Below, one piece after another: positions 38,836 to 52,199 of a stretch of DNA of 64,000 bases. Every line of letters begins with the position of its first letter. The stretch's first letter is position 1. The notes under the pieces were generated by a model. It was given only the letters and a program-made list of their open reading frames with translations. It did no database searches and had not been told where the DNA came from. The DNA is from Callorhinchus milii (lineage: Eukaryota): NCBI RefSeq assembly GCF_018977255.1, contig NW_024704742.1, positions 63,180,001 to 63,244,000 of the forward strand, given 5' to 3'. The translations under genes were made by a program, and so were the position numbers.

Positions 38836-39565
38836 GAGTCCTGTATTATAGTGGTTAGCGCGCTTCCTCATAAGCAAGAGGACCCGGGTTTGATTCCCGG
38901 ACAGGGCAAAACCTTAGGCAAGTTTCCTTACTCCACACGTCTCTGTTTACCTAGTGGTAAGTAAGAACCTGGTTGTTAATCGACTGGTGGATCGCTTTTC
39001 AGGGGCAATAATTCCTAAAAAAATTAAATAGATAATAATAATAATAATAATTTGGTTGCTCACTCCACGACTGTTTGTGGACACTGCTGTCCGCAATTGG
39101 CTGCCATGTTCTGCCCACAAAAATATACATTCAATTCACTTTACAGTATATTCTGTGAAGCCCTTTTAGACATCTCAACAATGTGATAAGATGCTATATC
39201 AAATCAAAGATTATTACTATTGTTGTGGAGTCCTGTAGCTTAATGGTTAGAGCACTCGCCCCGCAAGCGAGAGGATCTGGGTTCGATTCCCGGCAGGGCG
39301 AAATGTTGGGACAACTTTCCTTACTGCACACGCCTCTGTTTACCTAGCAGTAAGTAGGAATCCAGTTGTTAGTCGATTGACGGATCGTTTTTCCGGGGGT
39401 AATATTTCCTTCAAAAATAATAATTTGGTCACTCAATCCACGACTGTTTGTGGGACACTGTTGTGTACAATTGGCTGCCCTTTTTGCCCACAAATATACA
39501 GTCAATTCACTTTACAGTATATTAAGGCATTATAGCAAATACAAGGATTATTATTAATATTATTG
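38836..39565 (+). mobile_element. Two head-to-tail older SINEs (~38836-39220 and ~39224-39565)
   Basis: Each has a GGAGTCCTGTA head, central segment and tail. Confidence 0.9.
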
Positions 39566-40896
39566 TTATAGCTTTGACAAATCTACTATCCCATTCGGCT
39601 ACAGATTACAGTAAAATTCTACAAAGCGCTTTGAGACATGAATGGTGTTATAACAGTTTGATTTTAACTTTCTCAAACGTGAAGGTAACAGTGCAATAAT
39701 TGTCACTACTTCCTGATTTATTGTTTGCTTTTCAGGCTTCAGTCAAACATGAAGATTGCAAGCATATCATTGGGGGAAAACACAATAAATTTATGTCTGA
39801 AATGTTACAACAGAATCATTCAAACACCTTTTCACAATGACGTAATGTCCTGAGCTTCTTTGCACCTATCTATAGTCACTAACTTTGTGAGTTTTGATCA
39901 ATTCTTAATAGAATACTCTGGGAAAGTTGTTCACATTTTTAAATCTTCTCACAAATAGCTCAATAAGGTGTAAGAGGTTGTGTATTCAATACCTCATGTC
40001 ATTGGGTAGGAGAAACGGCAAGTAGCAGTCAGGCTTTGTTCACAAGGAGGGAATTAATCTATGAATGTGATTTACGATGTCATCCCAATGTGAAAGACGC
40101 TATATAAATGTTAATTGTATTGTATGTATTATGTATTGTATTAAACCAGAGGAATAACAACAATAACAACAGTTTGCATTTTTATAGCACCCTTCACAGT
40201 GGAATAGTCTAGCTGGAAAGAGAGCAGAGGTGACTGAAGGCAAAGTTGAAAAGGAAAGTCTTCAGATGTGACTTGAAGAGGGACAAAGACGGAGGGATTG
40301 AGGCAAGCAATTCCAGAGATTCATAGCATAGTGACTGAAAGCACAGCCATCAATGGTGGGTGAAAGGGACAAGGAGAATATGTGCAAAAGATACTTGCCA
40401 GCTGAGCGAAGATAGGAGTGGGGTGTGAGCAGATTGGAGAGATAGAGAGGTGCCAGAGTGTGAAGAGATTTGAAAGTTTGAGTAAGAATCCAGAGATTGG
40501 TGTGATAAAAGCTAATAATAATCTTTAAAATTTAATATAGCGCCTTTAACATCAGAAAGAAGTCTCAAATATCTTCACATGATTTGTGTAAAGTGTAGTG
40601 ACTGTATTTTAGAGGTGAATGTGGCAGCCAATTTTTACATAGCAATGTCCCACAAACAGCCATGAAGTGAATGTGATTTCCCTCTGACAAGAAAGGCACT
40701 ATACAAATATAATTTGTTGTTGTTGTTGATCAGTTTTATTCGGGGATTGTTGGCCGGGACACAAGGAGAAACTCCCTTCTCCTTATCGAATAGCACTATG
40801 GAATCTTCAAAGTCCAGCTGGACAGGTAAACAGGACATTCCTCCTTCTCTGTGAATGTGATGTGGGATGTTCTTCTGACAAGAAAAGTCCTATATA

Positions 40897-41040
40897 CAGT
40901 CGAATCTCACTATAATGAACCCTGTTTATAACAAACCCCAGGATTTAACGATCCCAATGGCACAACCCGATGTTTGCAAGCCAAACCCTATTACAGTGAA
41001 TACCCTGATATAAAAATCTTTTTGGATCTTGTTATAAGCT
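40897..41040. mobile_element. pogo/Tigger-like MITE end
   Basis: TA followed by CAGTCGAATCTCACTATAATGAAC, a TIR typical of Tigger-type Tc1/mariner elements; other end not found. Confidence 0.55.
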
Positions 41041-42033
41041 GCATAACTAAGAAAATGAGGGCAACACTATTAATTGCCATCACTTCACGATTCACCATTT
41101 CTTTGTCTCTTTTTAACAGTTAATGTTGCCCTCTCCTCCTCGAGTCATAGAATTTTACAGCACAGAAGGAGCATGTGAGCAGAACGCCAATCATCCATGT
41201 ACCAGCTCTCTGGGAAAGCTATCCATTTTGACTGTGTTTTCCACCTCCCCAGCCTTAAGGGAGATGAGACCAATTGTCACACATAACTGCCATCCCAGCT
41301 GAAATCAATGGACTCAGCACAGAATTGGATTGAATCTGAGAACTCCTGGTCAATTTGGTTTGGTGCTGAACTGCACTGTGTCACAAGGTTAAGGGAGAGA
41401 TAATTAGAACTCTAAAAGCAGATAATCACAAGATTGATTTGAATGAAGAAATCTCTTCAGCTCAACTGATTTGACATGAGTCAACAAACACTTATCCTTT
41501 GTTATTTACAATAGATGGAAATTGGTGCTTTTAATCTGAGTACTTCAAGGTCATACGAAGTTCTGTCTCCATTCAAAAACAAAAAATTGCATTTAAATAG
41601 CACCTTTCATATCAGGAGAACATCACAAGCTGTTGGACAGTCAAGGGTTTTCACCCTAGCTGGGGGTTGAATTCAAGAGGGGTGAGGGCCAAAGGTGGTG
41701 GGAGGAAGGAAGAGGGCCGAAGGTGTGGTCACAGACTTTGAAGATGTTGAGCGAAGGGACAAAATGAAGGACTGTGTTCCAAAGGGTGGGGGCAAAGAGA
41801 CTGAAGGCCTGACCGCTGATGGTGGGGCTGGAAGGCAGGGGACGTGACGCAGGCCAGCAGATGGAGCAGGGAGGTTGTATGGTTTTAGAAGGTCACAGAG
41901 GTAGGGTGGAACGAGACTGTAGAGAGCTTTAAAAAGTCAGAAAAAGGTCACCTTGGTGCCAGGTCAGCTCCAAGGAGACCCTGCATACCACCCTCCCAGG
42001 GAGGTTAGTCTCATGGCTGTTCGTGGGTCATTG

Positions 42034-42269
42034 TTTCCTTACTCCACACGCCTAATAATAATCCTTCCAAAAACCCAAAACAATAATTAAATTGGTCATT
42101 TTCAATCTACGACTGTTTGTGGGACATTGCTGTGTGCAATTGGCTGCCGCGTTCGCCCACAAATATACAGTCAATTCACTTTACAGTGTGTTCTGTAAGC
42201 GCTTTGGGACGTCCTCCCGACGTGAAAAGCGCTATATCAAATGCAAGGATTATTATTATTATTATTATT
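42034..42269 (+). mobile_element. Young SINE, 5'-truncated, inserted into an older SINE tail
   Basis: Matches the young consensus from TTTCCTTACTCCACACGCCT; host sequence CATTG..CTGTGTGCAA flanks it. Confidence 0.9.
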
Positions 42270-43640
42270 GCTGTGTGCAATTAGGCTACTACGTTCCCCC
42301 ACAAATACACAGTCAGCTCCACATCACAGTAAATCCTATGAAACGTGTTGGGATGGCCTCTTGATGTGAAAGAAACCAGAGCTAATGCGAGGATTATTAT
42401 ATATTTTTTACAACACTGTTTGAAGGGAGCCTAACTCTGCTCTGCATGCATTTTAGATTTTTCCTTAAACTAAATTTCGGGATCCACACCCCAATAGTGT
42501 TCTAAAGTAAACCTGGATTATAACATAAACCTTTAACAGAGATCAGCACAATTAAAAATCCAATTCCATTGACGATTAGACTTAATAAAAATGCAATTTT
42601 CGCTGATCTTTCAGCATTCAGGCTTGTTTTGTTTTAAGCAAACATAAGCCTGTATCGATTATTCCTGACACTTTTAGCTTATTAGCTCGATGGTGTCAAC
42701 TTCTATAGATCACACAACACATCCCTCCATTCAGCTGAGGCAAGGCATAAGTTGACGGTAGCCTCGGGGGAAGTGACCAATGCCATGTCTTTCGGCATAT
42801 GGTTTTAGCTTTCTTTTTGAGCAGGGAAAGCAAATGGTTGTCTCTTTGAGGCTATGATTAAAGGTCAGTCTGTCTCTAGTGTTCGTTTCTCAACTAATAG
42901 AACATGTCAGGCAATCATCCTGCCATTCATCTTCCTTACAAATACCACGATAAGAAAGCAGTTAGGGGAGCACCCAAAAGAGTGATAGGCAGCCTGAATG
43001 GGACAAGAGCCATTTGTTTTCATGCCTCCTGTTGCTGCAGACATTTGGTGAACAGTCAAGTGGCAAATACTGGTAACCAGTTGCATAGAGTTACATAGGT
43101 TTATACTATGGGGAAACCGGTTGTTCGGCCCAACTAGTCCATGACGATATTTATTTTCCATACGGGTTCCCCCACCACCACCACTCCTCCTATTCCCCTC
43201 ACCTATACTCCTCTATTCCCTTCTCTAAATTGAACAGCAAACTTTTTTCCGCCGGGGGTAAATGTGTATGTGACATTTTACATCTATGTGACCTATGGGG
43301 AAGATTTCTGTCACGACATTCAAACTCTCTGGAACTCTTGTGGATTAAGGAAATTTGCTTAATATTTCACCCTGCCGGGAAACGATCCCAGGTCCTCTTG
43401 TTTGTGAGGTGAATGCTCTAACCACTCAGCTATAGGATTCCAAAGCCAAACAGTAGCCACATATATTTAGAACCAGGCAAATGCGACTCCAGTTCAACAA
43501 GCACAAAAAAGGTGATAATTGCAGTGAACATAGAAATGGAACCACAAACATATGGGAGAAGCTGGAGCTCTGAGCAGATGGTGGCCCAGACGGAACTAGA
43601 TGACCCCTGCTAAGGCTCTACTGGAGTTCACTGTCTATTT

Positions 43641-43719
43641 CAGTGGTGGCCAACCTTCATGGTCGTCCAACAAAATAATTGTTTCTTCATTGAAAATATC
43701 TCGACTTTTGCCAACTCCG
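43641..43719. mobile_element. 79-bp hAT-type MITE with exact 8-bp target-site duplication
   Basis: GTCTATTT at 43633-43640 and 43720-43727; left TIR CAGTGGTGGCCAAC; right end matches its reverse complement at 9/14. Confidence 0.6.
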
Positions 43720-44746
43720 GTCTATTTGGAACCATTGGCAACATTCGTCAACATTGTGAGAGGAGGAGAGATTGACGGTCTTGGTCAGCATTACTCCCCC
43801 TACCCCCCCGCTCCAAAGCTCAGCTCTAGTGCCGAACAGAATTCTCAAGCGCTTTGAGTCGTCCTTCTGACATGAAAGACGCTATATAAGTATCAATTAT
43901 AATTGTAAAATTTTGTACAGTGGAATAGGATTGCAGACAATGTTGCCAGTTCTATCGAGATCTGATGTTGAGACAGTTAGAGGGCTTACAAAACTGATGG
44001 CAGCAATGCTCAACATCTGTCAAATGCAGCCCCAGTTAGTCATCAAATAGACACGAATGATTCTACTATTAATAACGACTGATAATAATCCTTACGTTTG
44101 GTATGGCACCTTTTACATGTCTCAAAGTGCTTGGCAGTTTATACAGTAAAGTGGAGTAACTGTATATATTTTGGGGGTGAACTCTATGCAGGGTAAAATA
44201 CATGCATTAGATTTAACAGCTATATCCAGACTACCATGACCAACATTATCTGAAATCTTCACTCATAATTGACAGCCAAATAATTGGAGCCAAATCTTAA
44301 CAATGCCACATGTTGCTATACAGCAGATGGTAATTGCAGGGAATGCAATGGTATAAGGGAATGAAAATTGTTACATGACATTTTTTTGACAAGTCATCTG
44401 TATGCATCTTCATGAGTGCTTTCAACTTAGTTTAAACTATCAATTATCCAAAAGACCGCAACACTGAGAGTTATATTGTCAGCAGGCTTTCTTGGAAGAA
44501 ATACAGAAATAAAGCTGAACAAAACAAAATTGCAACATTAGGTAAGGGAAGATTTTAAACTGTTCTGCAACATTACTTTCTGAATTCTTTTTTCTGTAGA
44601 AAATAATTGGTAAGCATATGTTTGCGTGTCAGAATTTTCTATTTTCTTCTCAATTACGATGCATCAATAACTCTGTTGTCTTCTCTTTTTATTGAAATAT
44701 AATTATAATAATTAATAAAAAAAACACAGGAGTATCTGATTAAGTA

Positions 44747-44822
44747 AGGTAGAGCCCTGTTACAATACAGTCAGTTATCGGGGTCCATAAAATCCCAACC
44801 AGCATTACAATGGGTTCTATTG
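44747..44822. mobile_element. Degenerate ~76-bp pogo-like MITE
   Basis: Imperfect inverted ends GTAGAGCCCTGTTACAAT / ATTACAATGGGTTCTAT, preceded by TA. Confidence 0.4.
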
Positions 44823-45240
44823 TCAGTTAGCGCTTCCCTATTCACTGTGTACTTGTCAGCTTCCTGCACTTACATTGCAAAAGTTCCTTTAAAGGAACAT
44901 GTACTCCACTCCTATCTGCTGCCCAATCCTCCACGGTGGTCCTTTATACAAGATAATGTAATATGTTTACACCAAATATTGCAACTGTAAATCAACATTA
45001 CTGTTCAACCCAGACTCAAACAAAAGAATATGCAGAGTTAAATAATGGTGGTTTTAACTTCATTTGTTAATGTTAACGTAATTTCTACTTTGATGACATC
45101 AAAGAGGCCGATGGATTTTGCTCGGAGTGGAAGAATGATTGTGTTATATCACTGTCCAAATTCCGACATTAACCCTATTGTATCTGATGGAATTTCAGGC
45201 CATATATTGGAGGCATCTTAAGCTTTTATTTCTCTTGTAG

Positions 45241-45384
45241 CTGTTGGAAACACAAAACCTGTGCTAGCTGTAGACTTGCCATTTGATGTCCCAACCAGCG
45301 CCGAAATGTGCAGTGATACTAGAGTTATATTGCATGTCTTCAATATGTTTGCTGCCCAAAATGTTCAAACTGTACTAGCACAGG
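45241..45384 (+). CDS. Candidate 144-nt exon (VGNTKPVLAVDLPFDVPTSAEMCSDTRVILHVFNMFAAQNVQTVLAQ), gene unidentified
   Basis: Strong acceptor TTTTATTTCTCTTGTAG, 47 open codons, moderate donor G|GTTTGT; overlaps a degenerate palindrome. Confidence 0.3.
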
Positions 45385-45770
45385 GTTTGTGCTGAAACTG
45401 AACCATCACTTAAAACAGTCAAGCCAGGTTAGTTCCGTCTCAGTACCGTTAACCTGTGGATAATCTTAAACTACAGAGAGTATTTCTGCTTTGTCGTACA
45501 CAAGCACTGAATCATGTTCAATTTCTTGCATTTGTCCAAAATTAAATGTTTTTTTTACTGAATTCTATCTTGAAAGTCTACACAGGCACCTGCAAATGTC
45601 AAACATTATACGGGCATAAAGCAAAGCACTGTCAGTATCTATTCATTTCCTGGACTTAATCTGCTTCTGTTACAAGGTGATAACCTGCAGTGATTTATAT
45701 TTAATGACTATGAAAAGGAATTCTTGATGAATTGAAAGGATTTTTTTTGTCTTCTTCGGTCTGGTGACAG

Positions 45771-45816
45771 AGATACAGCAAAATGACAGCCATGAAAGAA
45801 CAGCATTACAATCAAA
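45771..45816 (+). CDS. Candidate 46-nt exon (EIQQNDSHERTALQS)
   Basis: Pyrimidine tract plus GACAG acceptor, A|GTAAGC donor, phase compatible with 45241-45384. Confidence 0.25.
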
Positions 45817-47881
45817 GTAAGCATTTTAATGCAGAGTCTATGGCAAATATCCTTTCTGTTATAAATAATAGCTGTAATGTCAGTGATGTCTATTGAATGG
45901 CAGCAAAAGAAAATCTCATGCAAAATTGTGAGCAATTACCTTGTCCACTTTTGCCTTGTTTCATTTTAAATTGGACACTGTTACCTCACTTGCTGGGGCT
46001 CTGAAAGTTGCTGGGAAGAAGCAGATAGGTAAACAACAAGCTGACATCTTCTCTACATATCTCCTGCCATTTAGTCACTCAATCCGCGACTGTTTGTGGG
46101 ACTGTGCACAATTGACTGTCGTGCTTTGTCCACAAAATACACAGTCAATCCACTTTGCAATATATTCTGTGACCTCTCAACAACGTGATAAGGCGCTATA
46201 TCAAATGCACGGATTATTATTATTATTTCCTCCTCTAGCACTAGTCTCCTGCCGATGCTCTCCATTCGTCTGACTCTAAAATTCTGCTTGTTCCTCATTC
46301 TCTGCTTCACACCAGCATTGGCCAATTTGTCAGTCCCTACACCCCGGCTCTCTGGAAATATCTCCCTAGATTTCTTCACCTTTTTCCTTCTCTTTCAGTC
46401 TTCAAAACATGCACAAAAATGGCATGGAATATGTCCTTGGTCAACACCCTTAAATTTTCCTTCTCCTCCCTGTTTGGTCCTTATCATTTCTAATAGATAC
46501 TATACAAACGCAAGGAATGCATTCATTGATGTTATTAATAATAATTATTATTACTATTGTTATTACACAGCTACCCCATGTGAAGTGCACTGTATAAATG
46601 CAATAAATTGTTCTTGTCGTTCACCCACAAAAACACAGTCACTGCATTTTACATTATATCCTGTGAAGCGCTTTGAGACATCCTCCTAATGTGAAAGGTG
46701 CTAATACCAAATGTAAGGATCATTATTATTGCACAATGTTACATGCTGTGATATTCTATATTTGGCTGCTATGAAACACCCTTTGTCAGAGGCAGCAATG
46801 GGAGCAGAGAAATCTTTGGATCAAGATCTGCTGAAACGATTGGGGTGGGGTTCAGGGAGAGGAGTGAGTGCTTGACTTCCAAACCTGATAACAGTTGGAC
46901 ACACAATTTAATGAGGCAACTGGATCACAATTTTAGTAATAATTATCACGACTACTTGCATTTATGTAGCACCCTTCACATTGTGTAGCTGAACAATAAT
47001 GCAGTTTGACGCCAAGTCGCATATCACATTTTCCAAGCCATAGTGAATATTTTCTTATAGTTGTTTTTTGTCCAGTACTGTAGGCTTCAGCAACCGAATA
47101 GGAGATGAGGATGGGAGTATGAGAACTAACAGGCAATTTAAAAAGTAGAACCAAACATATGGACTATAATGACTTTCCAGCCCTGTGTAATCCTCACTTG
47201 AAGGACCTGAAAGTGTTCTGCTATATGGATTCCCATTAGGAATCTGTGTTGTAATAATAACCCTTGCATTTGATATTGCATCTTTTGCATCAAGAAGATG
47301 CCTTAAAGGCTCTTCACAGAATATAATGTAAAGTGTAATGTAAAGTCTTCCTCTTTCAGATACTGGTGAGCTATTCTGCATTTGTTGATTTATTTGAGGT
47401 GAAGTGGTCTTTGTTTGACCCTGCTAATGAGTTCAGTAATCCTGCTATTTAGTAAATAAGTCAGTTGAGGTAAAGCAAGTGATTGAATCAATAGCATTCG
47501 TGGTTGACTAAGGACATCCACATATACAAAATCAGTTTCCCATTACCACTGATGAATGGGGTAATGGGATAGATTGATCATAGCACCAACCAATGTCTCA
47601 CTTTGTAATTCTCAATGCAAGTTTAATGCAAGTATAAGTACCGAGGTTGACTAACAATGGGCTGCTGATCTTTTAAGGTCCCTTTCCTCTTGTACATTAT
47701 CCAGCGTTACAAGATTTTGACCATAATCCTCAATCAGCAAATGTGTTTGTTGGGGAATGTTTTTTTTGCCATATTTGCTGCCACATATGATCTTGATGGA
47801 CCCATTCACTTACGGGGACACATTGGCAATAACAACAATTAATGTCTCTGGTTTGCAACCGGTGAATCCACTCTATGACTT

Positions 47882-48215
47882 GTGGAGTCCTGTAGCTCAG
47901 TGGTTAGAGCACTCGCTTTGCAAGCGGGAGACCTGAGTTCAATTCCAGGCAGGGCGAAACCTTGGGCAAGTTTCCTTACTCCACACGCCTAATAATAATC
48001 CCTCCAAAAACCAAAAACAATAATAAAATTGGTCATTTTCAATCTACGACTGTTTGTGGAACATTGCTGTGCGCAATTGGCTGCCGCGTTCGCCCACAAA
48101 TATACAGTCAATTCACTTTACAGTGTGTTCTGTGAAGCGCTTTGGGACGTCCTCCCGACGTGAAAAGCGCTATATCAAATGCAAGGATTATTATTATTAT
48201 TATTATTATTATTAT
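47882..48215 (+). mobile_element. Young tRNA-Ala(UGC)-derived SINE, full length
   Basis: TAGCTCAGTGG A-box, anticodon-arm-like CTCGC TT TGC AA GCGGG, GTTCAATTCC B-box, 3' stem-loop, long (ATT)n. Confidence 0.95.
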
Positions 48216-49076
48216 GTAACTCTCTGTAACTACAGCAAAGATGCAAAGTACATCAAGAAACCTCCACACTCACTTCAACTACCTCACAATATACATTTCA
48301 TCTCTCCTGGTCCCAACTAGTGGAGGCAAATAATAATACATGACCAATTTGGGGGTGGGGGAGATTTATCCAGAAAGTTCCTACCTGACTCCTGAAGGCA
48401 ACAAATTATTACAATCACTGCGGTTTAGAACATTTCACAAAAGTCACTGCACTTAGCAGTAATAATAATACACATTTGCATTTGATATAGCATCTAATCA
48501 CCTCTCAAAGCGCTTCAAAAATATACTGTAAAGTGAATTGATTGTATTTTGTGGGTGAATAATTGCTGGAAAACACTAATTTTTCAGCATCTTAAACAGA
48601 TATAAAAATGCAAGGTGTTTTATTTTTCAAAGTGTCACAAGGTGTTTCAATGAAACTCTTTAAAACAAATCATCTTCTTTCAGCATATTTTTATTGGTTT
48701 CATATCTGACTCACCATCTATATCCTTGCTCATCATCCAACTGCCCCAATTGTATAGTACCCCAAGATATTATCCTGGGTGAAGGGTGCTGTATAAATCC
48801 AAGTTGTTGTTAATTGCCTATTCTGCAGGACCAGAACTGAGGCATTCCTTGATATGAATATAATAATAATCCTTAATTTGGTATAGCGCCTTTCGCATAG
48901 GGGTTCGCGGCAAAACATTTCACAGGAAATGCGGTAAAGAAGAGTAACTGTTTTTTTGGGTGTGAATATGGCAGCTTTCTCACAGCAATGTCCCACAAAC
49001 AGCCATGATGTGAATGACCAATTTTATCAGGGAGATCGTTGGCCAAAGCACCGGGAGAAACACCCTACTCATCTCT

Positions 49077-49409
49077 GTGGAGTCCTGTAGCTCAGTGGTT
49101 AGAGCACTCGCTTTGCAAGTGAGAGACCTGAGTTCAGTTCCAGGCAGGTCAGGGCGAAACCTTGGGCAAGTTTCCTTACTCCACACGCCCAATAATAATC
49201 CCTCCAAAAACTAAAAACAATAATTAAATTGGTCATTTTCAATCTACGACTGTTTGTGGGACATTGCTGTGCGCAATTGGCTGCCGCGTTCGCCCACAAA
49301 TATACAGTCAATTCACTTTACAGTGTGTTCTGTGAAGCGCTTTGGGACGTCCTCCCGACGTGAAAAGCGCTATATCAAATGCAAGGATTATTATTATTAT
49401 TATTATTAT
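49077..49409 (+). mobile_element. Young SINE inserted into an antisense Deu-SINE (~48863-49075 and ~49420-49618)
   Basis: Near identical to 47882-48215 apart from a short internal insertion. Confidence 0.95.
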
Positions 49410-49883
49410 CTCAAGTGGTGCCACAGGATTTGTAATGTCCACTTGAACACATAGACGGAGCCTCTGTTTAACGTACCATCTAAAAAACTCCAAAACACAG
49501 CATATGCCAGCACTGCACTGGAGTGTCAGCTTAAACTATATGAGCCTCAACGTGTGGCTCGAATCCTCAACCTTCTGAGTCAGAGGTGAGAGTTCCACCA
49601 ACTAAGCCAGGCTGACACTCCACCTGAAACTCCAGAACACTCTCCCGCAATCCTTCCACCTTGCCCCATCCTTCCCCATCTAGAGGTCTCATATGAAGAC
49701 CTGCCCCTTCGACCCTGCCTATGGTGACCTTTCCCCTCCCCCTGGCTCGGTATCATGCTCCGCCACTGTCAAGTGCTCTGGGAATGGTGCTGTATAAATG
49801 TAAGTTGTTGTTGACACTCAAGAATGTTACAACTGGCAGACGTTTACCAACAGTGAAATCCCCTTCCAGATAAAATGCAAGTT

Positions 49884-49932
49884 TCTCTCTCTTTGTGTCT
49901 CTCTTTCTCTGTCTCTCTCTCTCTCTCTCTCT
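49884..49932. repeat. (CT)n microsatellite
   Basis: Interrupted CT repeat. Confidence 0.9.
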
Positions 49933-50502
49933 GGAGTTGGCAACAAATATGTAAATGTTAAAGCTGCAGAGTGGACTTTCATCGTTCAGCTGTCGAGAGG
50001 AACCTCGTCATGAAGCAGAAGTTGCTAACTGCACCCGTGTGGTAAATGTGCTGTTATGAATTTAAAACACTGAAAGAGTTTTGAAATAAAATCATTTGCA
50101 ATGCACAGTCGGGTCTGGCTCACCAAAAGTAGGAGCCCAAGTCACAGCAAGGGCTACATTAGCCAGGAAGCAGTCATTATTGATTTCCAGCTTTTAATTT
50201 CCACTCCCTGTAACCTATAACAAGGGAAAATCCATTGGTGGTTAGTGCAGAAGCATTGTTCTGAGCCACAGCAATTATTCTCCACTTAAACACTCAGAGG
50301 ATGATGAAGCCTTACAAGTTCTCACATGCAAATCCCTTCAAGTCCTAGCACCTCCCTATCTTTCTGATATCCTCATATCCCAGTCCACTGCTCTTCCCCC
50401 AAAGCTCAGCTAACACATGCCTGCTGCGCAGGGAGAGACCAGGTCCAGGCAGCAGACAACAAAAGCATTGATACGGTTTCAGTGGCGTTTGGTGTGTGAT
50501 TG

Positions 50503-50565
50503 ATGGATGATGTCGCTGAGTTGACGACAAGCCGTTTTGGTCAGAGACGGAAGGAGAAAGGAGAG
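50503..50565 (+). CDS. Candidate first coding exon MDDVAELTTSRFGQRRKEKGE, gene unidentified
   Basis: ATG with G at +4 after an in-frame TGA, 21 codons, strong GAG|GTAAGG donor, several retained CpGs. Confidence 0.35.
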
Positions 50566-52199
50566 GTAAGGATCAAACCAGATATCAGGGGTAGAGACTT
50601 CTGGTGGTAAATTGAAGTGTGTCTCGCTGACCTTAGTTCAGTAGTTTGGCAATTAGCTAACTTCTGAGTATGTTTCCAGAATATATATGATAGTTTTTGA
50701 CTGTTTATAAATCTTTACATGTTAAATCCCCTTATGTTTACCGAGCAGTAAGTAGGACTCCGGTTGTTAGTCGAGCGGTGGATCGCTTTACAGGGGTAAT
50801 AATCCCTCCAAAAAAAATGTGGTCACTCAATCCTCAACTGTTTGTGGGACACTGCTGTGCGCAATTGGCTGCTGGGTTTCACCCACAAAATAAACAGTCA
50901 CTCCACTTTACAATATATCGTGTGAAGCGCTTTGAGTTGTCTCAAAACTTGATAAGGTGCTATATCAAATGCAAGGATTATTAATATATTAATAAAGAGT
51001 AAAAACCCGTCCTGATGCACCGACTAATTGAATTCCGTTTTGCAGGAGTTTGAATGCGAGTTTCACAACGGAACTCTCTGCTGACTGTCACACACAATTT
51101 GTCACACAGTATGTCTGATGCCAATTGAAAATTAAATTCATCCTAGATTCAGATCCTCACCTTGGCTAACCTCAACTGTTCACAATCTATAATTAAGTAT
51201 ACCTTTTAGCAAGGAAAATTTTGCATTTAAATTTAATTACTTCATTTGAAGCTACAAGCCTCGAGCATGATTTCAGATTAGAAAGTCTCCCCCACCATTT
51301 CCCCCCGCCACCCGCACAGTGAATGTAATGGAACATACTTGGCAAAATCAGTCAATCTCTTCTTTATTTTGAAGAGATGGCTTATTGTTTCACATCCAAA
51401 CTCTCCTGCTGTAATCACCTTGATGAAGGCCACTTGGAACATTTCTGTCTGTGCCGATCTCTTGCTCCACAGGTCTGGGCTAGACAGCCTCAGGTTACAT
51501 TGGAAATCTGTGATCAGGTAGGAAAAGGAAAAGGAAAAAAGGAAGGGTGTGAGGCATAGGGATTTGCGGAGGAAATTTCCGAGAACAAACAATGTCTTGC
51601 ATTCATATTACACCTTTACTCCTTCAAACAAAATGTGGTCACGCACTGCACAACTGTTTATGGGACACTGCTGTGCTAAATTTAGCTGCCACGTTTTGCT
51701 CACAAAATAAACAGTCACTGCAAAATGAGTGGATGGGAGAGTGGGGCTGGAAGGAGATTAGTGGTCCTTTAACAGGAAAAAGCAATGGCAAACTTTGCTT
51801 GGGGCTGTTGCTGAGTTCCGAGTAGGTTTTGATTTAGTGCATTCACTTTTGCTGAATAAGCGGGGCAAAAGCTCGCTGGAATAAAAATAGAATGGGTCTA
51901 TTTGTTCATTTTTATCTTTGTTACTTAATTTATCACACCAATGCTGTTTGTGTCATCCATTTCTCATTGATCTTTCTCTTTAATGAAGCTTTCCTTTCCC
52001 TACACACACATCATTGTGTCCTTTCCATTACCTTTCATTGGAGAACTAAATCATTCTGTATTAAGACTCCCAAAAGAGAGAGAGAGAATTACGGATCTTA
52101 CAGAATTGCTCACTCAGCAGAGAGCTATTGAATTTATTCAGAAGCATCAGGAAACATCAGATGACCGAACCTTAGTTATGCACTGTATAAATTTTGTAT

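Noticed and set aside
39736..39841. Exon after the TTTGCTTTTCAG acceptor
   Set aside because: Weak donor and no recognisable peptide
47882..47960. tRNA-Ala gene
   Set aside because: Runs directly into SINE body and tail, lacks a proper acceptor stem, and is multicopy
48054..49454. Repeated ORFs ending KCKDYYYYY as a peptide gene family
   Set aside because: Read-through of SINE tails into (ATT)n
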